Shown here piece after piece: positions 32,291 through 44,734 of a stretch of DNA of 64,000 nucleotides. Source of the DNA: Hyaloraphidium curvatum SAG 235-1 (lineage: Eukaryota > Fungi > Monoblepharomycota); contig JAIVFI010000026.1 of the NCBI GenBank assembly GCA_025558095.1, positions 1-64,000 on the forward strand, given 5' to 3'. Numbering within the stretch: the first letter of the stretch is position 1; the number at the start of each line of letters is the position of its first letter. Below the pieces are notes generated by a model. The model saw nothing but the letters and a program-made list of their open reading frames with translations, had not been told where the DNA came from and did not search any database. A program made the translations under genes and the position numbers.

Positions 32291-34230
32291 TGGTATCCCC
32301 TCCTCCGCCCTCCCCGCGGCCCCCGCGGCGCCGCTCGCGCGTGTCTTCCCGCGTGGCGCTGCCGCTCGAGGCGGCCAAGTCGTCGCTGGCGTTCCTCGGC
32401 GTCCGCACGGCCGGGCGCGGGACCGCCGGCAGCGGTTCGAGCGGGGCCGGAACGGCGGCGTTAAGACATTCAACGGACTCTGCCGGACCGCCGTTCGAGT
32501 TCCTGGAGTCGCTTGTGGCCGGCGGAGGCCCGCAAACACTGCACCCGGCGGGGGCCGCGGACCCGGGCAGCCGCACGCCCTCGCCCCTTCGGCCGTCCCA
32601 CCTGGCCTCCCCGGCGCCCGCCGACGCCGACTCCACCTTCATGCGGCTCACGCAGCCGGCGCCCTCGCCGCGCCCGCCCAAGCGGCCGGCCGGTAGCGTC
32701 CGCGAGGCCTCGCCCGAGAACAAGCGAGGGCGCGCCGCGAGCTGGAGGCGGCGCACCACGCTGCAGAAGCTTCCCGAGCCGCCGCTGGGCTCGTCAACGA
32801 CCGGAAACAGGGGCAGGGAGGCCACGGAGGAGGAGAGGGCCGAGCTGCGGAGGGGCATGAGGGAGCGTTTCCTCGCCCAGCTCAGGGCAGAGAAGGAGCT
32901 GCTGGAGCTCGAGTCGCGGGCCAGGGAGCGCCGCGAGTCGAAGCTAAGGGAGCTGGACGCCAGGATCAGGCCGCGGAGGAGATCGCAGGTCACGGAGCGG
33001 ACGGGACGGTCGCGGGCCGTCGAGACGGACCCGACGTCCTCCTATCCGGACCTGGACCTGCCTCGGGATCCTCCCGGCTCCCCTCCCAGAGCCAGCCAAA
33101 GAGGCAGATCCACGCAGTGGCAACCATCTCCCCCGCGCCACCGCGAACGAGCCATATCGACCTCGCCTCCGCGGGCCTCTTTCGCCGAGCCGTTCCGCAC
33201 CTCCTTCGCGGACCGCGGCCGCTCCACCACCCGGCGGGACGACCTCCCTCCCCTCCCCGATGGCGTCGATCCCCTCGCTGATTTGCTCTCCCGCTCCCGC
33301 TTCGGTGCCGGCAACGACAAATGGGCCATCGTAGAGGTCGTCGCCCGCCGCATGGGCGCCGTCGCACCCCCGGCCCCCGCCCCCGCCTCTCCCCCTCCCC
33401 CTCCCGAACCCCGATTCCGCGCCTCCGCCCCCCCTGCCACGCACGACGACCCCACGACGCCCGACGGCGCCGAAGACTGGGCGCGGTTCCGCGCCTCTGC
33501 CATGTCCCTCCTGGATCTCTGCACCCCCGCCCCGCCGTCCCCGGCAAACATGGGTCCCCCTTCGCCTGCGAGGCAGGCGGCGCTGCCGGAGCTGAGGTTC
33601 CACTACCCGCCTTCGGTGAGGGTGTCGCCCGAAGATCAGGGGAGGAGGTGGGAGGAGTACGAGGTGCGGACGGCGGGGGGTTCGCCGGAGCCCGCTTCGC
33701 GGCGAGACCGCGGCGGTCGGGAGCGGGATCGCGGGGCGGAAAGATCCGCCGCAGCTTCGGCGCGGGTGGAGCTCGGGTTGTCCGAGTCGGTGGAGGACCT
33801 GCTGCGCCTCGACGTCGACCTCGCCCGCGATCTACCGGGGCGCTCCCCTCCCTCCGCCTCCCGGTCGCTCCGCCCTCCCCTGCCCCCCTCCTCCGACGCC
33901 AGCCCAACCACCGCGCACCTCTCTCCGTTGCACGCGCTGACCCCCCTCTCCCGCCCGCGCCATGCCCGCCCGCTGCTCACCCCGCCCGACCCCGCCGCGG
34001 CGGAGAGGGAGCTGGCGCTGCTGGCCGAGACGAGGGGGCTGATCGCGCGGTTGGAGGAGCTCGTTGTGGAGGGGACGCCCGCGCGGGTGGAGGGGAAGGG
34101 GAGGGAGGGGGTGTTGGAGGAGTTGATGGAGGGGAGCGGGGACGTGGGAGCGTTGGTGGAGGATCTGGAGGGGTGGCACTTGCGGGCCGAGGCGAATGGG
34201 GAGGAAGATGGTGGTGTATTGGAAAGCTAG
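32290..34230 (+). CDS. Pro-rich low-complexity protein with coiled-coil segment
   Basis: 646-aa ORF; ERAELRRGMRERFLAQLRAEKELLELE helix. Confidence 0.55.
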   Translation: MVSPPPPSPRPPRRRSRVSSRVALPLEAAKSSLAFLGVRTAGRGTAGSGSSGAGTAALRHSTDSAGPPFEFLESLVAGGGPQTLHPAGAADPGSRTPSPLRPSHLASPAPADADSTFMRLTQPAPSPRPPKRPAGSVREASPENKRGRAASWRRRTTLQKLPEPPLGSSTTGNRGREATEEERAELRRGMRERFLAQLRAEKELLELESRARERRESKLRELDARIRPRRRSQVTERTGRSRAVETDPTSSYPDLDLPRDPPGSPPRASQRGRSTQWQPSPPRHRERAISTSPPRASFAEPFRTSFADRGRSTTRRDDLPPLPDGVDPLADLLSRSRFGAGNDKWAIVEVVARRMGAVAPPAPAPASPPPPPEPRFRASAPPATHDDPTTPDGAEDWARFRASAMSLLDLCTPAPPSPANMGPPSPARQAALPELRFHYPPSVRVSPEDQGRRWEEYEVRTAGGSPEPASRRDRGGRERDRGAERSAAASARVELGLSESVEDLLRLDVDLARDLPGRSPPSASRSLRPPLPPSSDASPTTAHLSPLHALTPLSRPRHARPLLTPPDPAAAERELALLAETRGLIARLEELVVEGTPARVEGKGREGVLEELMEGSGDVGALVEDLEGWHLRAEANGEEDGGVLES

Positions 34231-35089
34231 AGTTCATTCGCGCTGCGTGAACTACCAACGCATTGGCCGTCAAAGACCTTTTCCATCCTATTGAACGTGT
34301 CCAGGTCTCCAACTCTTGGAATACTGCCGCCGACGGGCTTCTCGAGGGACGCCTGGTCCAGGTAGTCTACGTAGAGAGTGCAGGAGCCTTTGCCTTCGTC
34401 CAAGGAGGCGAAGACATGGATGATGGGAGAGGCAACCAAGCCGTCGGCCACGTGCTCGAGGTGGCCCCCCTCCCCCGAAAGCAGGATGTCGTAGCGCTCG
34501 CTTCGGGGCACGAGGGAAGCCTTGCCGATGCCGACCTCGGGGTCGTCCTCGCCTTCCTTCACGGCGGTTAGGAGCCCGCCCTGTCCGCCGCCACGCCCCG
34601 GCCGAAGATATCGGGCATGATGACGTTGTGGGGTGCTTGGTCGTGATCCGCTCCTTCAGGATCTCCCAGAGCGCCTGAACGCGGGGTTTCCGGTGATCCG
34701 CGCTTCACGCGGCCTTTGGCACCTTTGCGAGCGATCCCCACCACGAACAGATCGCACAGCATTAAAGGAAGGTAGATCACTGGATCCGTGTACTGGCTAC
34801 GTGGTCATTGTCACCGCGCCAACGCGCAGGATCGTGGTCTGCCTGCTGACGTGTCACTAGCTTGCATTCCCGCACCGAACCTGCCCAACATCAAACAAAC
34901 GCAGAAAACACCCGCGGACGAATCGCCGTTTCTGCTGCCGCAGAGTACGTCTGTGGTCGGAATGACGACGGCTTGCCCTGACAAGCAGTGCAGCGCGACG
35001 CGTAGTTCGCAAGGCAGCTCAGTTAGACGACGACGGCGACCTCCTCGGGACCGCAGGGCTTTCGGACCGTGACCGACCACAAGCACGCC

Positions 35090-35451
35090 ATGGAGAAGTA
35101 AGCCGTTATTCAACCCCAGAACAGATCCTTTTGCTGATGACCGCGGCCAGCGTGGTCTCCGAGGCCGATGGAGTGGCGTTTCATGACCGCCAGCGTGCCG
35201 AGATCCGGCAGCAGGAAATGGAGCAGGAGCTTCGGGCGGTCAAAGAGGAGCTCAAGGAATCTCAGAAAGTTCCCTTCTTGATGGCCTTGGCGGCGCTGGT
35301 GGGGCTCGTGGGACTCCCCACCAACTACCTCTACTGCCTTCACACGGGGGAAGTTTCCGGGACGCCGACGTGGATCGGACTGTTGGCCGCGACGTTCGTT
35401 GCGATCCCTACGTTGTACCAGGTTCGCACTAGGGGTGTCAAGAAGATATAG
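35090..35451 (+). CDS. Small coiled-coil + 2-TM protein Y' (copy 2), one phase-2 intron after ATGGAGAA
   Basis: ...QKVPFLMALAALVG...WIGLLAATFVAIPTL; same intron position as Y. Confidence 0.65.
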
Positions 35452-35475
35452 ACATGCCAACCAAAGTTCACCAAG

Positions 35476-36240
35476 TCACGACACGGTCCCGACCCCACTG
35501 CGCTCCCCTGCGCGCAACCCGAGCAGCGACGCCAACCCCGACACAGCGCCACGAAATATCCCCTGCCCCGTCGGCGGACCGTCCTCATTTCTCGCCGGCG
35601 CTCCGCAACGTGCCACCACGAAGCAACCCCAGTCGAAACCCCTCTCCCTGTCCGGGAACGGGTCCCCGTCCTCGATGGGCGCCATGACGTCCCAGTCCCG
35701 TTCCGCGTCCGGGTGTGCCGGTGGGTGCAAGCCCGCGAGCCGCAATTCGAGGGCCGAGAAGCGTGGGGCGTCCAGGCGGAAACGCTCGCGCACCGCGGCC
35801 TTCAGCGCGCGTCCGTCCGAGACGCCACGCATGGAGATGCGTGCGGGCAGCCCGAGCTCGGGAAAAATGACGGTGATCGAGGGGAAGCCCGGCTCGGGGT
35901 CGCCCCCGGCGGCGCGAGGGAGCGGGGCACAGAGGGGCGCCGGCCGCCAGCCGGCCGTGCGGGCCACGAAGAAGCCCCCCGCGATGCCGCGCTGGTCGAC
36001 GTCGTCGTCCTCCGCCACCGGCCGCGCGGCGCTCCACAGGGCCTCGGCCTCGGGGTGCTCCGGCCGCAGCGGGCCGCAGTGCCGCAGCTCGACGACGCGG
36101 TCTTCGTCGCCGCTGCGGAACCCGAGCTCCCACGCAACGGCGCGCCGCAGCCGGCGGCCCAGCAGGAGCCCGTAGAGCGGCACTTCCACAAACCGCGGGT
36201 CACGCTCGGGGAGGCACGCGTATATGGACAACCCCGCCAT
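35476..36240 (-). CDS. Hypothetical protein X' (copy 2)
   Basis: 254 aa, near-identical to 20519-21283. Confidence 0.7.
   Translation of the reverse strand: MAGLSIYACLPERDPRFVEVPLYGLLLGRRLRRAVAWELGFRSGDEDRVVELRHCGPLRPEHPEAEALWSAARPVAEDDDVDQRGIAGGFFVARTAGWRPAPLCAPLPRAAGGDPEPGFPSITVIFPELGLPARISMRGVSDGRALKAAVRERFRLDAPRFSALELRLAGLHPPAHPDAERDWDVMAPIEDGDPFPDRERGFDWGCFVVARCGAPARNEDGPPTGQGIFRGAVSGLASLLGLRAGERSGVGTVS
35588..36159 (-). repeat. Right arm of 572-bp inverted repeat
   Basis: Reverse complement of 20600-21171. Confidence 0.92.
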
Positions 36241-36341
36241 GCATGCTTTGGGCGCCTGTGCTGCAAGTCCCTAACAAACAAGATTCAATCGATGCTCTCA
36301 TTGCTCTCATTCAGCACACTGAGGCAGAAATGGACAAGGCA

Positions 36342-36603
36342 TCACGCTCCAAGCTCCTCGTCCCGCCCGCAGCAAGTGGCCGGTTCCGACTCCCGCACGC
36401 CACCGAACCCGCCGGCCCTCAGCCTCTCCACCACCTCCCCCAGCTGCACTGGGTCCAGCGGCTTGGCGATGTACCCGTCCATCCCCGCCTTGAGGCACCT
36501 CTCCCTGTCCCCCCGCATCGCGTTGGCCGTGATCGCGATGATCGGCAGCCTCGCCGCCCCTTCTTCCGCCTCGGCGCGGCGGATCTCGGCGGTGGCTTCG
36601 TAC

Positions 36604-36636
<33 letters not shown>

Positions 36637-38537
36637 CACGCGTCGTACCTTGCCCCCCGCGCGGCGGCGACCGCCTTCGCGCCGTCGGGCACCGTGGTGA
36701 CGTCCAGGCCGAGCTTGGACAGTATCCTTTCGGCGACGCGCTGGTTCACAGGATTGTCCTCCGCGAGCAGCACCCGCAGGCGGCGGAAGGAGGAGGAGCG
36801 GGCGACCATGGAGGAGAAGGACTGCGCGGGGGCCGGGCGGGGGCTGTCGGGGTCGTCCTCGGCGGGGGCGGGGTCGGCGCGGAGGTCCAGTGAGAAGGAG
36901 AAGGAGGAGCCGCGGCCGGGGGAGCTGGCCAGGTCGAGGGTGCCGCCCAGGAGGGTGACGAGCTGGTTGGAGATGGCCAGGCCGAGGCCGGTGCCCCCGA
37001 ATCGGCGCGTGGTCGAGCCGTCCCCTTGTTCGAAGGGGTGGAACAGCCGCGGCCGCACCTCTTCCGGGACCCCGATCCCTGTGTCGTCCACGGAAAAAGT
37101 GCAGCGCACCCGCTCCGTCCCATCGGGATCGGGGGGGAGGCGGGAAAGGAGCAGCCGCAGCTCCACGGACCCGCGTTCCGTGAACTTGACCGCGTTGCCG
37201 ACCAGGTTCGAGAGCACCTGCCTCAGGCGGGGCCCGTCCGTCCGCGCGACCACCTTCCGCGGCCGCGGCCCCGCCCCGTCTTCCCACCGGACGGAATGCG
37301 ACAGGACCAGCCCCTTTGCCCGCGCCACCTCGCCGTACAGGGTGGTGACCTCGCCGCAGAGGGCGCCCAGGTCGGCCGGCAGCACGTCCAGCTCCATCTT
37401 GCCGGCCTCGATCTTGCTCAGGTCCAGGATGGAGTCGAGTACGCCGAGGAGGTTCTCGGCGCTGCGGAGGGCGGTGTCGGCGCAATCTCGTTGGTCCGCA
37501 GTGAGGTCCGTGTCGAGGAGGAGGCGGAGGTGGCCGAGCAGGCCGTTCATGGGTGTCCTGGCCGACGGAGATCAGCCAGCGGAGCACAATTTGGCCGAGA
37601 TAACTCACCGGATCTCGTGGGACATGTTGGCGAGGAACTGTGACTTGACCCGGCTGGCCGACAAGGCTTCGTCGCGGGCCGCGGCGAGCGCGTCGGCCTG
37701 GGCGTGGGCCTCGGTCATGTCGCGCACCAGGGCGAGGTTGTACCCCACGCCCCCGTGCTCCAAATAGGAGGCAACGACCTCGACCGGAAAGATGCGGCCG
37801 TCCTTGGCCTGGTGTGTGGTTCCCAACCGCTGCGTCTTGGCCTCGATCAGCTGCTGCCAATGGTGGCGCCACATCGAGCGGTCATAGTAGATATCGTGGT
37901 CGAACAAAGAGGAAGCCAGCATCTCCTCGCGCGTGCGGCCCAGCATCCTGCAGGCGGCGTCGTTGACGAACACCACGCGGGCGTCCGAGTCGATGAGCCA
38001 CGCCGATTCGTGGACGCGGTTGAGCACGCTCCACGCCAGCAGGCCCTGCGCCTCCTCCGCGCGGCGCGAGGTCACGTCCTCGAACGAGGCGACGCTGCCG
38101 ATGATTTTGCCGGCCGGGTCGCGCAGCGGGCCCAGCCGCGTGTGCAGGATGTGCGGGCGGCCACCGTTCGCCGCCGGCAGGTACAGATCGAACTCGCACG
38201 ACGAGCCGGCGGCGAGCACCTCCGCCAGGCGCTCCTTGAGCGGCTCCCAGGGGCCGCCCGGCGCGAGGTCACCGTCCGTCAGCCCGGTGCCGCTCTCCGG
38301 CACCGCCAGACCGCCCCGCCCTCTTCCGCTGGGGTTCCGGGCCGTAGCGGCCCGGAGGAACGCGGGGTTGGCGTAGATCGGGTGGGATCCCGTGTCGAAA
38401 AGGACGACCGCCCCCGGCAGGTGGTCGGCGAGAGACCGCAGCATCGCCTCCGAGGGGGTCGCCGCCCGGGCGGGTCCGGGTACGCCGTGGCCGGCGTGGC
38501 CGTTGACCGGCCGGGGCGACAGGGCGTCGGCCGCCAT
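36342..38537 (-). CDS. Hybrid histidine kinase (PAS-PAS-HisKA-HATPase-REC), one intron 37558-37608
   Basis: [15 protein letters not shown] (spliced), [36 protein letters not shown]. Confidence 0.95.
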
Positions 38538-39572
38538 CGCCGAAGGAGAGGCGCGAGGGCAGAAAGGGACACGGCCGTCGGGCCGCTCCGCCAACCGCGC
38601 TCAACCGGACCCCAAACCATCAACCGTCCGTCAGGGGTCTTTGACATAGCTGATTGGTTTCTGTGAAGCGGGAAAAGGCCTAATGCAGTGCCATGGTTCA
38701 TTTCCGCCACACGTCACGAACCTCCCAAGTTTCAACGTCCACCGGAAATAGGCTGAATCCGAGTCGTCCCTCATCCCTCACATCAGCTTCATCAGCAGGT
38801 GCAATTGGGACACACCGATTCGGGCCACAGGGCTAGTCCCAAACCCATCATTGTCCACAGTGCTAAGGCAGCGATGCCCAACGCTACGCCGTCGAGATGG
38901 TTTATGGTTTGGACCTCCGTCTCGCGATGAGGAGCGAAAAGGGGAAGACGGCCAGCCTCCACGTCCCCGCAGAACGCGGAAGCCTGTCCGCGCTTCTCCT
39001 CGCGCACCATCGTGTGCCGCTGCCATTGCGAGCCAGTTCGTGGCGCAGGAGCGGCCGGTCGGCCTGGACGTCGACGGAACACCAGCCCCCGGACATCCGG
39101 TCGCAGGCCAAGGGCGACGTTCGGTCCGGTGACCCTTTTACTTACGGTGAGGGACTTGAAAAGCCGAGAAGACAATCCTTATGCACCCGAGAGCGCCGAC
39201 CTGTTCGGATCCGAGCGCAAAGACTCGGTTCACGTGCACTCCGACCAGACCGCCACTGACGCAACGACTCAATCGTGCACGCGCAGCACCGAACCAATAC
39301 CGGAAACAATTTCATTTACCGATATCTCTCTTCCGCAATGGTCCGGAGGTTCGCCACCTCAGGGACCATCGTGTGGCGCCACCCGGCGGCGAGCGGAGGC
39401 GGGGGTTCTCTTGTTTGTGGACCCTGGCCGTGCCGACCCATGACGCCCATGGCCGGGCAATCTTCACAATGGCCTTGAAAACTCTAGTCGCGAGGGCTCC
39501 GGTCTCCCTCCGATAGCATTCTCCGCGACTCCGGGGCCCGGCGGCGCGGGGGACGCGCCGGCGCCGCGCTCC

Positions 39573-41727
39573 ATGGCCGCGCTTCCCGGACCTCCTGGAA
39601 ACCGCCCGCAGTCCACCGCCGCTGCCACCAGGCCGGCATGCGCCACCTGTGCGAATCGCAAAAAACGCTGCACTTGGATCTCGGACGACCCGGCCCACCC
39701 GTGCGACCGGTGCGCGCGGCTGGGGGCCAGCTGCGAGCGGCAGGACTTCTTCGTGAGGCGGATGAAGAAGAGCCCCCAGCTGCCGCAGCAAGTCCCTCGG
39801 GAAGCTTTGTTGGATCTGGCCCAGCCGGAGGGGAGGTCAAGGCAGCCCAGCGCAGCCGGCGGACAGGCGTTCAGGATCGTGTCGCTGGTCCCGGCGGATG
39901 CTTTCGACGGCCGCGTGGAATCCCCGGTTTCGAGGACGCTGACGCCTACCCTCGGCAAGATCGACTCCCCGCGGGCCGTTTCGTTTCCCGTCAGCACGAG
40001 GCTGCCGATCTCCGGCGGTCGAACCCCGCCGACGAACCTGGACAGGACCACGGGCGACTCCAACCTGGTCTACGCCTGCATTTCGGCATTCTGGAACTCG
40101 GTGCATCCCGTCATGGACTTTCTGCACCGGGACTCTGTCGAACGGGCCTTTCTGGACGGCCGGAGCCCGCTGTATGGGCCCCAAAAGCCCATCGCCCTCC
40201 TCTGCGCCATGGCGGCAAACGGATCGCCCTTCCTCGACGCACCGCACCTCTCTCCAAAGGATCGCGCGGGCATTGCCGCCTCGTACGCTGCGCAGGCCGA
40301 GGATCTGCTGGCCTCCCACCTCCGGGATCCCCTTCGGGACCCGATGACGGACATCGAGGCCGCCCAGGTGCTGCTGCTCCTGCAGCGCTTCCACCTGACA
40401 TCCGGTTCTTCACACGACGCCCTCCGGGGCCGCAGCATGCTTGCCGAGGTCGTCTCGCGCCTGCTGCCCCCCGAACGCGAGCTCTTCGGGATCGACCTCG
40501 TGCCCGCCGATCCCGCTGCTTGGGTTCGGTCCGAGTGCCTCGTCAGGCTGGCCATCCAGTGCAGCTCCTCCTGCTCCGACGCGAGGGGCACCCAGGAGGG
40601 GGCGCTGTTTGACTACTGCACGCGGGCGGTGGTCTTGCCCTGCCACGACATCTACTTCAACCTCCGCGCAGAGCACGCCTACGCGCTGCTGTTTGTCGCG
40701 CAGCCCGCCCAAGGCCGCATGGTCGTCGATGCCTCGCCGCTGCTGGCCGGCAACTGCGATCCCGAAGCGGCGATCTCCGCCGTCCAGGCCATTTTCTCGG
40801 GCATCTTCTCGCTGCGATGCAGTAGGCTCGCCAGCCTGTACGTCGCGGACATGATCACCCGCCTCCACGGCAACATCCTGGACCGCGCCTCGGATTCGGG
40901 CATCGACACGGTCCGCCTGGCCACGCAGGATCGCAACCGCGACAGCCCGCACGAGAGGCGGATCAGGGAGGCGAACGCGCTCCTTTCCCGCCTCGGGAGG
41001 GACATCTACGTCGCCCTACCCCCCGACATTGGCCCTGCGCTGGCATCCGGAGACAGCGAGCCTCTCTTTGCGCGCGCCACGGAGCTGCTCTGCGACGATC
41101 GCCACGCGCTCGCGCTCTGCTCGGTCCTGGTCAAGGTTCACTCGCTCATCATTTCGGCGTGGATGCAGGGCGGCACGGCGCCGACCTCGGCCTCTTTCTA
41201 CGCCTCCGAGCCGATGGGGGCCATCCTGGAGTCGGGGATCGTCGGGGCCCGGCTGCTGGAGGCGATGCTCGAGCGGGACCAGGACGTCACGCACTGCCAC
41301 CTCGTGACCTTTCCCGCAGCGCTCATCATCGGGGCCTTGGCCGCCTCGATCGCCGCGGCTTCCGGCGAAGGACAGCAGACGATACCTTCCGCGGTGCACG
41401 ACGCAAAGGTGGCGGAGGATTTCATGCGGGCGTTCGGGCGGCGCTTTCCGATCGCTGGTGATTTCCGTCGCAGCTTCTTCCGCCCTGTAGGATGGCTGAC
41501 CCCCGCGTCCCTGGGCAGGCGCCAAATTGGTTCCCGGGATGCTGCAGATCCTTTCTCACGACGGCGGGGAAGCCACCCCCGCCGCGCGCAGCCGGGCGGC
41601 CTCCGGCGGCTCCGAGGCGTTCGTGGCCCGGATCCAATCCGCAGACATCATGGCGAGCAATATCCTCGGGCTGCGCGGGTCGGAGCAACCCGCGGACGAT
41701 TGGGATTCGGGCAGCGGGACCGTTTGA
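39573..41727 (+). CDS. Zn(II)2Cys6 fungal transcription factor, paralog of 22189-24135; 3' intron
   Basis: CATCANRKKRC...CDRCARLGASC; shared HRDS.ERAF, MTD.EAAQ, LPCH motifs. Confidence 0.9.
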
Positions 41728-41728
41728 T

Positions 41729-43070
41729 TCACAGGCCCACGGCCTCGGGCCCGACGAACCCCACGATCGCCTCTGCCCTCGCCTCGGCGAAGCCCACCAC
41801 CTCCTTGACCGCCGCCGCGAACTTCTCCGCGCCCATCTCCCGCGCTGCCGCCTCCCGCAGCACCCCCTCCCACCTCCGCGCCACCGCGATAACCTTCTCG
41901 GGGTTGGCCGGCCCCACGTAGCACTCGGCGAGGAGCTGCTTGTACCGTTGCAGGTACACCGGGTCGTCGGCGACGTACTTGACAAGCGGGGCCGCGGTTT
42001 CGCGCTTGTCCACGGGGAGGAGGGCGGCCGCCGCGGGCATGAAGGTGTTGTTGTGGTCCCAAGGGATCCACGAGAGGCGGTCGGTGCGGGGATCGTGGTA
42101 CAGGAAGAAGTTGTGGGACGCGGCCCCGTAAGTGTCCCCTGTATTGGATCGGTTAGCAACGTTGCTGCTGACTGCGGAGTCGACGAGGGAACTCACAATG
42201 GCCGATGATGGTCCCTACCGCCAGGCACTTTAGGAACTCGTCCACGTCAAACAGTTTCTCCAGTTTCGCCCGCCACTGCTCCGGCTGCTTCGTCCGCAGG
42301 GGATCGTGCAGCGCGGCATGGAGCGCCTTGATGTCCGACCAGTCCCGGGCCTTCTTGTTGTTCTTCTTCTGAAACGCGGCCTCGAGCCCCGCCGCCGTGG
42401 TCGAGGGAGACAGCATGGCACCGTCGCCGTCGCCCTCGTAGATGTTGCCCGCCTCCGAGCCGTAGAATCCCTGGATGCCCGTGTCGTCGACCATTTCCAC
42501 CAAGGTATAGAGGCCCAGCCGCTCGGGCCCGGAGCCCCGGTCAAAGAACACTTCGTACGGAGCAGCATGAAGGTATGGCAACTTGGCATCGCGGAGGACT
42601 CCGTATGAGAGAAGGTCCCGCATGCAGCTCGAGTCCATGAAGTTGTTCGCCAGGGACAGCTCCGAGAACCCAAAGAAGCTCGCCGCCTCCGCCGCGGCAC
42701 CCTCCGCTGCGTGCCTTGCGAAATCGATCTTGAACGGCAGCTTCAACGATCCTTCCTTCCACGGCCCCTCGAGCGACGACGCGCCCTTGAACCGCACCCC
42801 GACCCGGTCCCACTTCCTTCCCCCCGCCTCTACGCTCCCCTCAACCCACGACGGCACCTTACCGTCCGCCGACCCCGGTTTCCCGCCCCCCTGTGTCCCG
42901 GGCTCGCCGAACAGCGACGCCATGTCCGCCCTCATCGCCGCCCAGGAGGCGGGAGACACGGCTATGACGATGCGGCCGACGGCGTCGGCGGGGAACGCCG
43001 CGGCGAAATCGGGCCCGGGGGCGACCGGGGCCGTTGTGGGCGTCCCCGCAGGGGCGGCGGAGGCCATCAT
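41729..43070 (-). CDS. CotH-family protein kinase, one intron
   Basis: VGVRFKGASS, KLPFKIDF, MRDLLSY, GLYTLVE, HWDTYG (spliced), HNFFLY, IPWDHN. Confidence 0.9.
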
Positions 43071-43266
43071 CGTGGCGCGAATGGAATGCGGGGGGTTGCG
43101 GTGGGGAGCGGCACGCGGGTCCAGCGCCGCGCCGCGCGCGGACCCTGGAAACGGGCCAAGGCCGCGGCTTCGGATGGGACCAAGGAGGACGCCGCCGCGA
43201 CTGCCAGCTTGCGATGCATTAGTCAACCCCGTTGCGAGCTCTTCTACAATAATCCAAACTCTAGTT

Positions 43267-44734
43267 CTAGTTCTGCCGGAAGCCGTCGATCCACCACTGA
43301 GTCTTGTAAGAGTTGGCCGGCGCCGACGCGTTCTGCCACTGTACCAACCCCCTGGACCACTTGTCCATGATGCTCTCGAACGGATCCGACGAAAGATTGT
43401 ATCGGAGCTGGGTGTAGTAGTTGAACGCGGCCCAACCCCCCACGGAGACGCCCTTGTAGGTCCAGATACACCAATGCCAATTCTGGGCGTTCATGGTGTC
43501 GGCCATCCAGCGCGCGCCGGGGGCGGTGTCGTTGCCGGCCTTCATCTCGCCGAGGAAGAGGGGGACGCGGTTGGGACCGGCGTCGATGGAGGCTTTGTAG
43601 CCCTGGAAGCTGGCTTCGTCGTCGAAGGAGTCTGGGCGGCGCGAAAAGAGGCATGCAAATGTCGAGGGGAGCAGGATCGATTGAGTAAATCCGAAGAGGA
43701 AAGCACGTTAGATTCGGGGACGCGGCGACGGAGCGACTCAACCCACAGTGGTCCGAGTACATCGAGTTGTTGCCAAACTCGGCCAGCGTGTTGTTGTACC
43801 CGCTCCACTCGACGATGATCAGCCTATCGGGGTCCTGGGCCTTGATGGCATCCTCGAACGCGTTGTGTGGCGCGTTCCACGGCGAACCCTCAGGCTCGTT
43901 GATCACGTCGAAGCCCGCGACGCGCGGGTCGCCGCGGAAGTGCTTCGCAATTTCGGTCCAGATGGCGGCCATCTGCTGGCGGACGATGCCGCCGTCGGTG
44001 GTCCAGCGGGAGGGGAGGCCGTAGTTGTTGGGCTCGGCCTGCCGCGGCCAGTAGTGGAAGTCCAGGATGACGTAGATGCCCCTGTTGCCGGCCTCAGTCA
44101 CCACCCAGTCGAAGCGAGAAAAGTCGATGTTGCCCGACGGGTCCAAAATCCAGTTGCCCGCGGCGTCCTGCAGGTTCCTCCAGCTGAAGGGCACGCGGAT
44201 GCAGTTGAACCCCCAGCTCTTGATCAGATCCAGGTCCGCGGCGGTGAACCAGCTGTCCTGCCACGCCTTCATAAGCTGCGCCGCCGGCCCCGTCCCGAAC
44301 CGGGCCTCGAGCTGCTCCAGCGCCGCGCGGCCGTTGAGGTACGAGTCCACCTGTCCGTTCATCCACGCTTCGGTGACGAGCCAACCCCCGATGTTGACGC
44401 CGCGGAGAAGGACAGACTGGCCGAGTCGGTTGACGAGGAGAGAGCCGTTGGCCTTGAGGAAATCGGAGGGGCCGAGTGCGCCGGGAGGCGAGGGCGGAAG
44501 CGGGGCGGTGGCGGTCGGCGTGGGCGGCGCGGTGGTCAGCGTCGCGGTGGTCGTCGGCGTGGCTGTCGGTGTCGGTGTGCGCGTCGTCGTGGTGGCGCTC
44601 GTTGACGTGCGGCGGCGGGTCGTCGAGGGGCGGACCTTGGCGCGCTCCTGCAGGCGCGCGGGGAGCGCTTCCGCGGCCGCGGCGAGCAGTGCGAGCACGA
44701 GCGCCCCTGCGAGGAGGGCGAGGCGGGCGCGCAT
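43267..44734 (-). CDS. Secreted glycoside hydrolase family 5 with T/P linker, spliced
   Basis: Signal peptide, LRGVNIGGWLVTE, GFNCIRVP, ILDFH, INEP, GEM nucleophile, WTYK. Confidence 0.9.

Noticed and set aside
34227-34630. Coding-like minus-strand fragment
   Set aside because: Interrupted, no recognisable family or gene structure
20519-36240. DNA transposon with terminal inverted repeats
   Set aside because: The repeats are coding genes with diverged outer ends; no transposase or target-site duplication seen
35713-37767. 684-aa plus-strand ORF and similar long overlapping ORFs
   Set aside because: Antisense shadows of real genes caused by high GC3
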